A stretch of DNA of 64,000 nt from Octopus vulgaris (lineage: Eukaryota), in the NCBI GenBank assembly GCA_951406725.2, contig OX597816.1, forward strand, positions 52,142,001 through 52,206,000, written 5' to 3'. Positions 52,079-63,998 of the stretch are shown here, in pieces; position 1 is the first letter of the stretch; every line of letters starts with the position of its first letter. A program made the translations under genes and the position numbers. Below the pieces are notes generated by a model. It saw only the letters and a list, made by a program, of their open reading frames with translations, made no database searches and was not told the DNA's origin.

Positions 52079-52106
52079 ATTATTATTATTATTATTATTA
52101 TCATTA

Positions 52107-53043
52107 TTTTTTTTCCCTTCTTTCTTCAAATTTTCTTCCGTTTCTCGCCGAGTGTTTTCCGTACACCTAGGGCAGAGAAGCTCATTGTATGCACTCCCAG
52201 ATTACATACGCAAATTCACAGGTAAAATATGTATTTAAAAAAATTATAAATAAATAAATTCATGAATGGATGTTGTTTTCACAGTGATAATGCTCTTCCC
52301 AGTACATGAGCCGTTCCAGTTAACACGATTTTTTGTACTTCCTGTAGCGATGGTAAGCCTGGTATCATTTTCAAATAGGTTCCAGTACCATTTTTTATCA
52401 TTCCTAGAGATCCTACAGTCACTGGTACTGTAGACGACTTGAGTTGCCACATTTTTTTCAATTTCTATTAGTAAGTCTTTATATTTACTGATCTTGTCAA
52501 ATATTTTCGCCGCTATATTGTGATCACATCCTTTTTGTCTGATCTTTTATAATAATATCCGGTTTATTAGCTTTTATAGTCTTGTCGGTCTGCACGGGGA
52601 AGTCCCATAGAATCGGCACATTTTCTCCCTCAGCCACAACTTCAGGATGATGTTTATACCATTTGGCAGCGGTTATGATTTTATAATGCCGACATATTGT
52701 CCAGTGTAAATACTGGACGACTCTGTCATGTCTTGCTTTATATTTTACAGGTGTTAAAACTCTACACCCTGAGATTAGGTGATCTATAGTTTCAATCTCA
52801 TCGTTACAGAATCGGCATTTTGGGTCAGCTCCATTTTTATCACATTGGCTTGGTAGTTCCGAGTTAATAAGCTTTGGTCTTGAACAGCTAATATGAAACC
52901 TTCACTTTCCGCTTTTAGCCCTGAGCTTCGTAACCATTGGTGCATGTGTTTCTGGTCGATATCAGCTTGTTTGCAATGGGCCACATACTTGCCATGCAGA
53001 TGTTCCTGTTCCCATCTGCTAGCTAATTTTTCATGCGCTTTTG
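52107..53043 (-). mobile_element. 5'-truncated R4/Dong-clade retrotransposon (zinc knuckle plus RLE) in (TAA)n
   Basis: LHGKY, WL..GLKAESEGFILAVQDQ, KCRFC..ETIDHLISGC, RHD.V, ILWDF..TD..I.ANKPDI, K..KY.DL, VQKIVL.GTAHVL. Confidence 0.92.
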
Positions 53044-53103
53044 TTATTATTATTATTATTATTATTACTATTATTATTATTACTATTATTATTATTATTA
53101 TTA

Positions 53104-53270
53104 TTCTATGTTTGACTTTTGCTTTATGTCTGTACAAGTTGGCTCCAAGTCTCACCCAGAGACCTCAAGAGACAACAGGTTGGAAGTTCTGTGCCATATA
53201 TTTTTGTTTTTTTGTTTTTTGGTGTTGTACTAGTGAATGTCTAATACATGAAAATAAAATTTTTTTTTAA
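53104..53270 (-). mobile_element. Short 3' end of a (TAA)n-associated non-LTR element
   Basis: Homologous to 42611-42810. Confidence 0.65.
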
Positions 53271-53291
53271 AAAGTAAATAAATAAATAAAT

Positions 53292-53334
<43 letters not shown>

Positions 53335-53656
53335 GGTGATAAGCTGACAGAATAGTTAGCTCGCCGAGCAAAATGCTTATTAGCATTTCGTCAGTCATTA
53401 TATTCTAAATTCAATTCAAATTCCACCAAGGTAGACCCTACCTCTTCATCCTTTCGAGATCGATGAAATGCGTAACAATTGATGACCGGGCTCGATATAA
53501 TGGATTTACATTCGCTCCCAAAATTGTTCAAATACTACCGAGGATGACTTTGCCTTTCATCCTCTCGGAGTTCGAGTTGATAAAATATATACTAATCAAG
53601 TACTGGAGTCGACATAATCGACTTACTCCTTACTGATGCTAAAATTTGAAGCAACT

Positions 53657-53980
53657 ATGATTGTTGTAGTTGTTGTAGTTGTTGTTGTTGGTGGTGGTGG
53701 TGCTGCTGCTGCTGCTGCTGTTGTTATTGTTGTTGAGGATGAGGATGATGATGATGATCCTCATCATCATCATCATGATCGTGATGGTGGTGGTGATGAT
53801 GATGATGGTGGTGGTTGTGGTGGTGGTGATGATGGTGATGATGATGTTGGTGGTGGTGGTGGGGATGATGACGATGATGATGATGATGATGATGGTAGTG
53901 GTGGTGGTGATGATGATGATGATGGTAGCAGTGGTGGTGGTGGTGGTGGTGGTGGTGGTGGTGGTAATGATGATGATGTT
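53657..53980. repeat. Compound trinucleotide repeat (GTT/GGT/GCT/GAT)
   Basis: Seen directly. Confidence 0.95.
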
Positions 53981-55809
53981 ACAGTTTATTGCTGAAGCTG
54001 GACGAGCTTTCGAAGCTCATTGAGCTTGTGTTCTTGCTTCTCTTTCTAGAAGCCTGTTTTTGTTTAATTTATTATTTAATTTACCAGAACCATAAGGGAC
54101 ACTGATCAACCATGTTTTTTTTTTGCTCACCTTCCGGGGCTAAAATTTTAATGGAAAGAAATTTCTTCGAAACAGACAAAAAAAATTTTCAAAAAAAATA
54201 TAACGTGTCTTTATCGTTCAGTCAGTGAGAGAAGAACGTGGGTGGATTTATTGCAAGCGAAACTGCCTTTCGCCATAATTTCCTCCCACAAAATACAACA
54301 GACTTAGTAGTAACTAAAATAGTAGCAACAGTATCAGTAGTAACGACAATACCAACAACTAAACCAGCAGGAATAACTATATCGAAAAAAGCAGTGGTGA
54401 AAATAGTAAAAATGTTTCTTCTACCATGATCACTAACATTTTCTCTCTCATCTTACTACGCATTGTGCAGGAACATTTAGAAAATGAAGAGAAATACATC
54501 AGCACACTAGGATAGAGGAAAGTTACGTACAGTTTGCTGCAACGCTTTTTAGACTACACAAACAGGAAAATAACTTGTGATGTTGTTTATCGATGTAACA
54601 CACACAGTAGAGCATATAACTTGAGTTTAAGCTGGAATGTGGCTAAAAACACATTAGTTTTGTGGGGCATACTCATATTTCGGATACCTCTGAGTTCTCC
54701 ACTGGCAAATGATAGCTCAGAAGCACTGAACCGCCCCACAAAGAACTGAAGATTTCACAATGATGCCGATTTACCGGGGATGAAGAGTGATCCGAGTAAA
54801 CATCTCAAACAAACCCGCAGAACTAAACTTTCGGTAGGTTGTGAAACGCCTAGTTTTGATAGACCCTGTCTCGCAGCTACAAATACAAAGATTCTGTTAA
54901 GAAAATTGGATTGGAATAGAACTGAAGATTTTAATTCAGCTCAAAACTAAAACACTGGACAAAATCCCCAACCTAATAATAACAGTAAGTGGTAGGACAT
55001 GAGAGAAGTTCTTGATGCTACAACAACGGAAACTCTAGTCACCTCGAGGCGTTCTGCTCTCAACAGCAACGGAAAATGTCGTCGGAAAAACGGTCTCCAA
55101 TACTGCCAAACCCAGTATTTTGTTGTATTAGTTTTTGTATTGTGTGTTGTTTGTGTAGTGCAGGTTGTTTTCTTCTAACAGGTATCAGCTTTCTATGCCA
55201 TATGTTGTTGAGGGCATTGTTCATTTTGATGGGTATTTACACTATGAGTTTATTCCTATATGTTTTCGGAGAAGTACATAGTAGTGTGTGAAATTCATAA
55301 ATCATAGTATTTATGGTTATCTGTCCGTTGTTCTTTCTCTTTTGGTTGGTTTTGTTATGGGTTCGTTTTTACAGTGTTTACTTTTTTAACTGAACACCGC
55401 ATGTGTTGATGTTTCTTTCGTAGATATAATTATTATTGATGTATCAACGATAGACCTAGAAGAAAATAGCAATGTGCAGGTCTTACATAAATATGGATGG
55501 ATGTGTAATTAAAATTTAAAATCTAAAAATTTTACTCACATGTTTGCAGTTTTCATATAGAGACTTTGTAGTGTCTACGTTTTTACGCCCATGTTGCCGT
55601 CTAAGGGGAAGCTATTTTTTGTATGTATATACTCCATATATGAAAGATCTTTCAGTTTCCTAAGATGGCTTACATTAAGACAAAGCTTTCTTTCATGATT
55701 TTTGCGGATTCTAAATTCCTGTTTCGTAATGGTTTCACATTTTATCTATCATCTCGACAGCTCGCTGTCACACGTCCATGTTGTTTGATATTCGCTGCGA
55801 CCATTATTT

Positions 55810-55849
<40 letters not shown>

Positions 55850-55850
55850 C

Positions 55851-55897
<47 letters not shown>

Positions 55898-55934
55898 TAA
55901 TAGTAGTAGTAGTAGTATTTATTTTTTTATTTAG

Positions 55935-56200
55935 TTATTTTTAAACTGCATATTTGTTGCAATCACTTGCCAGGACAAACCCAGCACCCCGAGGCCAGTG
56001 AAGGATAAGAGATGATACAATATGATTGAAAGCTTGGGGAGAGGAAGTGGCAGGAACAGTAGCGAAATAACTTCATGTATTACGATACAGACATTTAAAT
56101 TGATAAGGTCTTTCAAAGGATGTAGACAGATCTTGTCAGCACAAACTTTTGGATTTCTCTGACCCATAGTTCTCCTGGGATGTTGTCTAGATGTTTCTAA
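55935..56200 (-). mobile_element. Decayed R4/Dong-like 3' end
   Basis: Translation KHLDNIPGELWVREIQKFVLTRSVYIL*KTLS resembles YLKMIPGLPSLQEVQKIVLTGTAHVLGRALS at 52279-52380. Confidence 0.7.
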
Positions 56201-57149
56201 CATTCCTTTTTTCCTTTTATTTCTTCTTCTTCCTATTCTTCTTCTTGAAGTTCTTCTTCTTATCATTATTATTATTATTGAAATATTATATATATGCACA
56301 TCGTATACATACATATACATACAAATATAGAGACACACACACAAATGCATACACATTGCTTGTGCTACGTCCACATGTTCGATTGTTTTTTCTTTCTCTT
56401 TGTATATTTTTGAATTGATTACATATATATACCTGTTATATGGATAATGTTTTATTTTGGTGGCTATAGAAAACACTATTTGTATGGCTCCGTGTATATA
56501 TCGCATACGTATTAATTCTGTCGAATCTCTTACCAACGATTTTTTGCGATTATTGATAGATACAGAATATATGACATTACCCACATGTCTTTTGTAAAAC
56601 ATTTGTAATATGTGTTCACATACATATATTTCTTGAGGCAGTTTCTTGCCAGTTAGTACTTCGTTTGTGCTTCAGAGCCGAAGCCTTGATAGTGAACAGG
56701 AATTCGGATTGTCAATATATTTATTTTTTTAAATATTGTTTAGAACTTTCAACGGTTTCTTATTTAATTCATCCTTTTGAAACCGATATGAAATTTGTAC
56801 GAAATAATAATGAACCTGAAATATTATGTTCATATAGAATACAAGCAACGCAAAGACTTCATACATATAATGGAAATTACAGGTAAGGAAAGAATATCTA
56901 AGGCCTAAAAGGTATTGTCTATTTCGTTTCCTACAATTCTGCTTTATATAACACAATAACAATTTTCGATTATTTTCAGAAAATTTTACATACAAAATGA
57001 ATGTTTTATGGCTTAACTATTTTGACAACACACAGTCTGAGTAAATTATTTTTTAGCTGGCACGTAACGCATTGTCAAATTGAAATCGTAGAAGAGTTTG
57101 TGTTATTCAAGGACATACAAATAGATAATTCAATTTAACATACTGCATT

Positions 57150-57440
57150 GCAGCATGTTAAATTTAAGTGTCGAGCTTCTCAGTTTCAGCAATATATTGA
57201 AAATTCATCACCGCCATATCGTACATTGTACTACAGTTTGATAATATTATCTATAACTAGCGCAGATGCGGGACGAATCTGTAACCGGTTCATACACATA
57301 AAAATGGGCCTTCATTTTACAATGGGTGATGATAGATTGTCTGATTTATCTTTGTTCTCAATGAAAGACAGTTGGTTACTGAGATACGTCGTAATAAAGT
57401 AATAGATAACAGAGCAAGAAAGAAGACGAGACGAAAGAGT
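57150..57440 (+). pseudogene. Decayed hAT transposase C-terminal dimerisation region
   Basis: ITSADAGR..RF.HIK..L..TMGDDRLSDLSLFS resembles the hAT consensus S.AS.ERSFS.L..IK..LRSTM...RLS.L.LLS. Confidence 0.6.
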
Positions 57441-57875
57441 CTGTGCTATTTACTACATATATTTTCCAATTCTTTTTGTTTTAGGTTCTGTTTTTTCTTT
57501 TTTTTTTCTTTTTGTGTTTATCATTTAAGATATAAAATTATCAAATAACAGAATGTATTTTTATTACTGTGTTTTGATGTTAAATGAAATATAGATTTAT
57601 GAGTTTACTGCAAAACATTTTTTATGATGTTTTGATTTTAACAACAAAATAACAATTACCTACTTCCTTTAACATTGTATCTTCATTGTTTCTGTATTAT
57701 ATAAAATGCAAATTGAAAATATATAATAATTTTTAAAATATTTGGTACATGTCCAGGTGCCTTATTTTATATGCTCGCTTTTCCTAACTTGAGAACCTGG
57801 CTATGCATACATTCATGCACGCATGTCTATATTCATATGTATAGACGTAATCATATGCACGCGCACGCACACACG

Positions 57876-57907
<32 letters not shown>

Positions 57908-58081
57908 CATATATATGCATATATATACACACAAAATATAATATACAATACGTAGAAACATACATACATACATATATATATACACATATATATATATATA
58001 TAGTATAGGATAAAATTTTTCGAAAATAATTTTATCAGTGGCCAGCATATTAAAAAAGACCTTTTAATATTAAATTTATAA

Positions 58082-58139
<58 letters not shown>

Positions 58140-59233
58140 TATATATATATATGCATATATATATATATATACACGCAAAATATAATATAATACAATACGT
58201 AGAAACATATATATATATATGCACACACAAAAGTATGCAAAATATATGAACGTTTATATGCTGTGTGTTTGCATGCGCGTGCGCATGTGTGTGTAAAAAA
58301 AAAAAGAAATAGCTTCGGGAAATCAGGAATATAGTGAAGTTGATTAAGTGAGGGATCCATTAAAGTATAGTGAAGTAATCTTTTGACGATGTTTTAACAC
58401 CCCAGGTTAGCCTTAAATATCCACAAGCGTCCCCAACAGTATCGTTATGGTGGTATGTGTATATGCAAGACCTTAGAATGTTTACGAAGTTCATGTCGAT
58501 ATATAAATCTATTATTTATAACATCTGTTGTTTTTTGATAAACATCCAAGCCAGCGGCTTCCGTACAATAATCAGTAAGTAATCAATCCTAAATTTTTTC
58601 GCAGTTATTTTTCACAAACGATAATCACAAAAAAAAGTTTATAAATATTTGGATTTAGTGTTAAGCTGCTAAAAATTTAACAACTGGTGTTTTCGTTGAG
58701 CTTTACAAATTTATACACCGGTTTTGTATTTTTAAAAATCCTATTTCGGCCATTAGACATCGATAGTCGCTTCAGATTTTTTTTCAATATTGGAAATTAA
58801 TAATGAAATACTTTTATTATGGAATAAATTCGTCCGCTGCATATATTTTATTGAATACACTTACTGTTTTAAAGTGTAAACATATTTCTGACATGCTATT
58901 TATGTACGCAATATATAGGTAAATATATTTTGAAATAACACATTTTAAAATAACCGACATAAAAAAAGAATATCAATGAATAATCAATAAAGGTATAGAA
59001 GAAACAGATTATGTTTTTGATTTAAGTTTTGATTTAGTTAGAGATACAATTAGAGAAAACATTGTTCCCGCATGGCAATAAATATACTTTCAAATGTTCG
59101 ATGTTACTATACAAATATTCTGATTTAGCCCCAACACCAATACGATTTTTTAGATAACTATTAAATAGCCGTCTTGATATGCAATTTACTAGCTTAAAAT
59201 TTGTACCGGAATGAGCCAGAGATTCGGTATGTT

Positions 59234-59277
<44 letters not shown>

Positions 59278-59279
<2 letters not shown>

Positions 59280-59319
59280 TAGCATTAAAGTCCCGTCGTT
59301 GCCGGGTCATAGTGCTAGT
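59278..59319 (-). mobile_element. Helitron-like 3' terminus abutting (TA)n
   Basis: Minus strand CCCGGCAACGACGGG-actttaatg-CTAG|TATATA. The whole 42-mer is quasi-palindromic. Confidence 0.55.
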
Positions 59320-60014
59320 GCATGTATATATGTGTATATATATGTGTACATATTACATGTACATCTATATATATACATCTACACATAAAATACAAAATAC
59401 AAAGTTATATCTTGATATCGCTAGTGATAACAATACTCAAAATATATAACAGACTGGAATTGTTAGCCCGTCTCTTGTAATTTCGATCAATTGTATCTTG
59501 TCCTCCCTCTTGTATAGAAGTGTGGCTACAATCCAGCCTACCTCTACTTCTGGAGGGGGGGGCATTAAAAAATGTTTTTTCCGGGACGTCCTACGTCCCA
59601 GATATAATGTAAAAATAAAATATTTCCACTTTGCAAGATCGAGTCGAGTACTCCCTTACACGCCCCGTTGACTCGAACCTTGCTTCTATTGTGGCGAATT
59701 TACCGCCTCTGATTAGATACCTTTCATAGACGCACCAAGACACTTTTCGAAGGTGCTTTCCTCCATGTTGTTTTATTATTACCCACAAGGGGCGAACATA
59801 GATGGGACAATACAATCTGATGATGGGGTCAGACACACGAATGGGTTTTTACAATAATTCGAATTTTAAAATTTTCATGAATTACAATAAATGGACAGAA
59901 ATCGAATGATGGGACAGACCGGAAGACATTACGGGTGGAGTGGGTGCGGGTTTAGCTCGGACCCCACGAGCCCCGCCTCCCCACTGATACTTTTGGTTGC
60001 GCTTGGTATTACAT

Positions 60015-63000
60015 TTATGTTGTATCTTTCACTCGCAACTTTCGTGCTACATCCTTCCATCGTTCTTCATACACTCTCCTAGCCAGGCATATTCTCTCCA
60101 GCCCTATCTTCCTTTTCAGGTGAAAGATGAAATAATTCATCAAACCAGGGCCGGAGATGAACTTGCCTGACTGTAAACCTTTCATTCTCGTCTTCCATAT
60201 CACCTCTTTCGCAATTGCTACTACAACGAGAAAACGAAACTTACCTTCATTCACGAGGAAATCCGGTGGGTCAATTTTTGTAATCGACTCAGTCGACAGC
60301 TGTACTCTTCGTGTACCTGACAACAGCTGTTCGGCATAAACCCACACCTCAGACACGTCCGGACAATGAACAATAGCGTGCGGGACGGTTTCCCTATCCC
60401 GCCCGCATCTTGGACATATCGGACTGTCTTGGCCACCGTGCCTTGCGAGTTTATCCCGAACAGGTAGAGCTCCTCTGTAGCATTGCCATGCCAGAGACTT
60501 CTGGAAGTTGTCCAGTGTCCTCGGCTTGAACGTACGTCGGAACAGACTGGCCAGCTGATTATCGTCGAGACCCAGGGTTTCCCCCAAGGTATCTTCACAT
60601 TCCGCCTCTACCAACCCTCTATAGAAGAATGTGGTGGAACCCCCACCGCAGGCGTTGCCCGAGCGACGGAATAGCAGGAGAGCCTTGCGACACTCCGTGT
60701 ACCAAGTACCAAGTTTCGATCTACGATTCAGCCAGGTTTCCCATCCACCGAAACTAGTGAACTTGGTAAACATCAGTTTTGCTAGCGAAGACCACACCCG
60801 TTCACCATCCAGGTAGAGCCACAGATGTCTTAACCTCAGCGCATGTCTGCGCATCATCAGCCAAGGCATCCCTAGCCCACCCTTTAACGGTTGTTGACAG
60901 CAAGTAGAGCGTTTCACAAGTGGTTTCCCGCCCTTCCACAAGAAGTAGAAGAGCTGTCTTTCCAACTTGATCAACCACGAATCAGGGCAAGGAACGACGG
61001 AAAGGCGGTAGGTGATAACCGATGCGATAAACACATTGGCCACCTCCGCCCTCCCTTTCAGGGATAGCCACCGCCAAGACCAGGTCTTGGCTACTGCAGC
61101 CACCTTGCTCGTTACCTCGCCCCAATTCTTCTCTATTTGGAGGTCTGGACCGAACCAGACCCCTAGCAGTTTAATCGGACCCTCCGTCCAACGTCCCACG
61201 ACGCTGTCAGGAGGCATCGACTTGCCTCTCCAGGTGCCGAGTTGCAAGCCGACTGACTTTTCGCGATTAACTTTTGCTCCTGTCACCGTCTCGTAAACCT
61301 CTATGGCCTTGCCTACTTTACATAGGTGGTCCATTTCGGTTACGATGATGGTGATGTCATCCGCGTACGCTGACACTGATTTTCCATTACCTGGCTGTCT
61401 CGGGATGCCGCTCAGTTTTCGCAGTAATGGCTCAAGAGCCATCACGTACAAAAGCGGGGAGAGCGGACACCCTTGACGAACCGAGCGTTTGATTTTGAAC
61501 GGCTTCGACAAGAAGCCGTTCACCCGAACTACCGAGTCGATGTTATCATAAATTTGGATAATCCACCTGAGGAAGCCAAGGCTCAGCCCGAACTGTGCCA
61601 GGGCAGATACCAGGTAACGATGGTCGACCCTATCAAAAGCTTTAGATTGGTCTAAATGGACCAGTGCCCCACCCTTGCCAGAATCACTATTAAACCCCTC
61701 TATAGTGTACCGCATTAGATGGAGATTATCCTGAATGGATCTGCCCGGAACGGCACATGTCTGTGCCTCCCCGATCAGACCATCCGCGACACGCGCCAAT
61801 CTTTTCGATAACACTTTGGCCAAAATCTTCAACTCTGTGTTTAGCAGAGTGATGGGCCTGAAATTATCAATGCACTCCCCCTTGCTCGGGTCCTTTCTGA
61901 CGAGAGTCACTACTCCCCGGCGCACAGATCTGGGTATAAGCCCGTTCTGCTGCCAGTTCGCATAGACCTCCGCCAGTAGGTGCCCGAACAAGTCTGGCAT
62001 ACTCTTATATAACTCATAGGGTAGACCATCCAAACCCGGCGCCTTGCCCGCGCCGCAGTCCGCCATTGCCTCAACCACCTCCTCAGGCGTGATTGGCCCT
62101 TCACAGCCCTCCGCATCTCGCCCCGATAAGCGCGGCAGCCCGTCGAGTAGGTCCGTAAAGGCCCTCCTCCTATCCAGTCCGCCGCACTCACCGAAAAGCT
62201 GAGCGAAGTGCTCCTGAAAGGCCTCACACATCTCCTCGGGTTCGCTTATCAACTCACCTTGTTGGTTCGTCAAAGATCGAATCGTGGCATCGTTACCATG
62301 CTGAGCTTCCACCACTCGGGCCCATCTCACGGCGTTGATTCCTTCACATCCCATATGGCGGATTCTAGCCCTGACAATGCAGCCCATGTGTTTGGCCTCG
62401 AGGTGCTGGTTTAACACCAGTCTCTTGGACGCCACCTGAGCCGCAGAGCCAGTTTTCATGGCTTCCTCTAATTCCTTAACTAGAGTAGTTTCCCTTCTAG
62501 CCTCTCTAGCCACTACTCCTATGCTATATCTAATAGACTCAAACTTGATGGCTCGTTTGAGGGCGTACCACCATTTGTTATTAATGATGGTACCAGATAG
62601 TGCCCTCTGAATTATATTCCTAATCCGGTCTTTGTACTCCTTAATCGCCAAAAGGGACGTATTAAGTTTCCAGTAACCGGATCCTCTATTTTTAACCTTA
62701 TCTATGTCAAGCTTACAAGTGACCATTTTATGATCACTGTAGCTGATCGGGTAAAACTGTGGACACTTAGCTATTTTACTGTCTACTTTTCTAATTAGTA
62801 TTCTATCTAAATATGACCTGGAAGATCCGTCGCTGTTTGACCATGTCCACAATGGAGCGTTCGGAAATTCCAGCCTATAAGGATCTGCTAGCTCAAAGCG
62901 GCTTAGCAGTTCCATGAAGCCACTGTTGCCTTTTCTATCTGGACGCGAGCCAACACAATCTACATCCGCTTTGCAAATTGTGTTAAAGTCTCCTAGCACC

Positions 63001-63404
63001 ACTAATGAATGCGAAGTACCAAGAAAGTTTTCTAATTCACGAAAATAATCACTTTGCCCTGTATGGTTGGGTGCGTAAATTGCAACCAGTCTGATAACTT
63101 TACCATTACTGAACGTCAAATCCATGACGACCAGCCTACCTTCTGGATCTGCAAAAATTAACTTTTTCTCAGGAACCCGGTTTCTTTTTAATAGGACCCC
63201 ACTCCCGCCTGTAGGACTGCCAGGAGAGAAAAAACTCTCGTAGCCGTCAAACAGCGGGAGTAGACCTCTTGGCCCCTCTAACCGGGTTTCTGTAGCAACA
63301 ATAACATCTAAATTACGCGACCTGATATCATGCAGGAAGCGACCTTGCTTCCAGCCTGCTCCCAGGCCGCGCACATTCAAACAACCAACGTAAATGTAAT
63401 CCAT
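60015..63404 (-). CDS. Tx1 ORF2: APE endonuclease, reverse transcriptase and C-terminal zinc finger (1129 aa)
   Basis: LNVRGL, ET, GDFN, LDRI, SDH, GYWKLN, KAPGLDGLPYE, FRPITLLN, LDQSKAFDRV, VRQGCPLSPLLY, AYADD, GGLGMP and CPRC..ETVPH..HC. Confidence 0.97.
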   Translation of the reverse strand: MDYIYVGCLNVRGLGAGWKQGRFLHDIRSRNLDVIVATETRLEGPRGLLPLFDGYESFFSPGSPTGGSGVLLKRNRVPEKKLIFADPEGRLVVMDLTFSNGKVIRLVAIYAPNHTGQSDYFRELENFLGTSHSLVVLGDFNTICKADVDCVGSRPDRKGNSGFMELLSRFELADPYRLEFPNAPLWTWSNSDGSSRSYLDRILIRKVDSKIAKCPQFYPISYSDHKMVTCKLDIDKVKNRGSGYWKLNTSLLAIKEYKDRIRNIIQRALSGTIINNKWWYALKRAIKFESIRYSIGVVAREARRETTLVKELEEAMKTGSAAQVASKRLVLNQHLEAKHMGCIVRARIRHMGCEGINAVRWARVVEAQHGNDATIRSLTNQQGELISEPEEMCEAFQEHFAQLFGECGGLDRRRAFTDLLDGLPRLSGRDAEGCEGPITPEEVVEAMADCGAGKAPGLDGLPYELYKSMPDLFGHLLAEVYANWQQNGLIPRSVRRGVVTLVRKDPSKGECIDNFRPITLLNTELKILAKVLSKRLARVADGLIGEAQTCAVPGRSIQDNLHLMRYTIEGFNSDSGKGGALVHLDQSKAFDRVDHRYLVSALAQFGLSLGFLRWIIQIYDNIDSVVRVNGFLSKPFKIKRSVRQGCPLSPLLYVMALEPLLRKLSGIPRQPGNGKSVSAYADDITIIVTEMDHLCKVGKAIEVYETVTGAKVNREKSVGLQLGTWRGKSMPPDSVVGRWTEGPIKLLGVWFGPDLQIEKNWGEVTSKVAAVAKTWSWRWLSLKGRAEVANVFIASVITYRLSVVPCPDSWLIKLERQLFYFLWKGGKPLVKRSTCCQQPLKGGLGMPWLMMRRHALRLRHLWLYLDGERVWSSLAKLMFTKFTSFGGWETWLNRRSKLGTWYTECRKALLLFRRSGNACGGGSTTFFYRGLVEAECEDTLGETLGLDDNQLASLFRRTFKPRTLDNFQKSLAWQCYRGALPVRDKLARHGGQDSPICPRCGRDRETVPHAIVHCPDVSEVWVYAEQLLSGTRRVQLSTESITKIDPPDFLVNEGKFRFLVVVAIAKEVIWKTRMKGLQSGKFISGPGLMNYFIFHLKRKIGLERICLARRVYEERWKDVARKLRVKDTT

Positions 63405-63413
63405 TACTTACCT

Positions 63414-63998
63414 TTATATCAGTGGTTCGGTTTTCTCTTGTTCTTCTAACTCTTTTTCAGGGCCTCGTGGGGGAGTCTGACGTAGGCCCTCGAATATATA
63501 TGGAGATGTCACATCCAATCTAAGTGGGCCTACGTCATGGAAGAATTCTGACTTTATCCGCCCGTAATCCTTCCGGCCTATTCTGTAAATTACAAAGTCG
63601 TTTTTTTTCACTACTTTCTCCACTTTGGCCATGGCTGCCAACACGTTTCCGAGTCTGCTATTTGCTGCCTTTACGGCCATATACGAGTTCATTGACTCTC
63701 TTTTCTTTTTTAAAATTACTCTGGGAGGGGTGGTTTCCGTTTTTCTTTTTTTTTTTCCGGTAATTTTTGCCCACCCCTCCTCATCTATCTTTTCCACGCT
63801 CTTTTTTTCCTCCGCCGCTGGTTCTGCTGTCACCGTCACCTCCACACCTTCAGTCTTCCCTTCTGGGCCGTCCGACGCTGCTTCTGGTGACACATTATCT
63901 TCTTTTTCTTTTGGCTTAGGTGCTTCCTGCGGTTTGGGTTGGGGTTGGCATTCCGCCCTTACATGACCCTTCTTGCCGCAGCCGAAGCACCTCGGCTT
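63414..63998 (-). CDS. Tx1 ORF1 C-terminal part (gag-like, CCHC knuckle), open to the window edge
   Basis: The in-frame upstream extension of the 159-aa ORF reads KPRCFGCGKKGHVRAEC (CX2CX4HX4C). Confidence 0.9.
   Translation of the reverse strand, partial: KPRCFGCGKKGHVRAECQPQPKPQEAPKPKEKEDNVSPEAASDGPEGKTEGVEVTVTAEPAAEEKKSVEKIDEEGWAKITGKKKRKTETTPPRVILKKKRESMNSYMAVKAANSRLGNVLAAMAKVEKVVKKNDFVIYRIGRKDYGRIKSEFFHDVGPLRLDVTSPYIFEGLRQTPPRGPEKELEEQEKTEPLI

Noticed and set aside
53636-54023. Gly/Asp-rich and Val/Met-rich ORFs
   Set aside because: They are translations of a compound trinucleotide microsatellite.
55931-56602. 223-aa ORF
   Set aside because: It is a chance composite of AT-rich sequence, microsatellites and an out-of-frame Dong 3' end.
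60157-63966. Short plus-strand ORFs overlapping the Tx1 element
   Set aside because: They are antisense shadows of the LINE ORFs.
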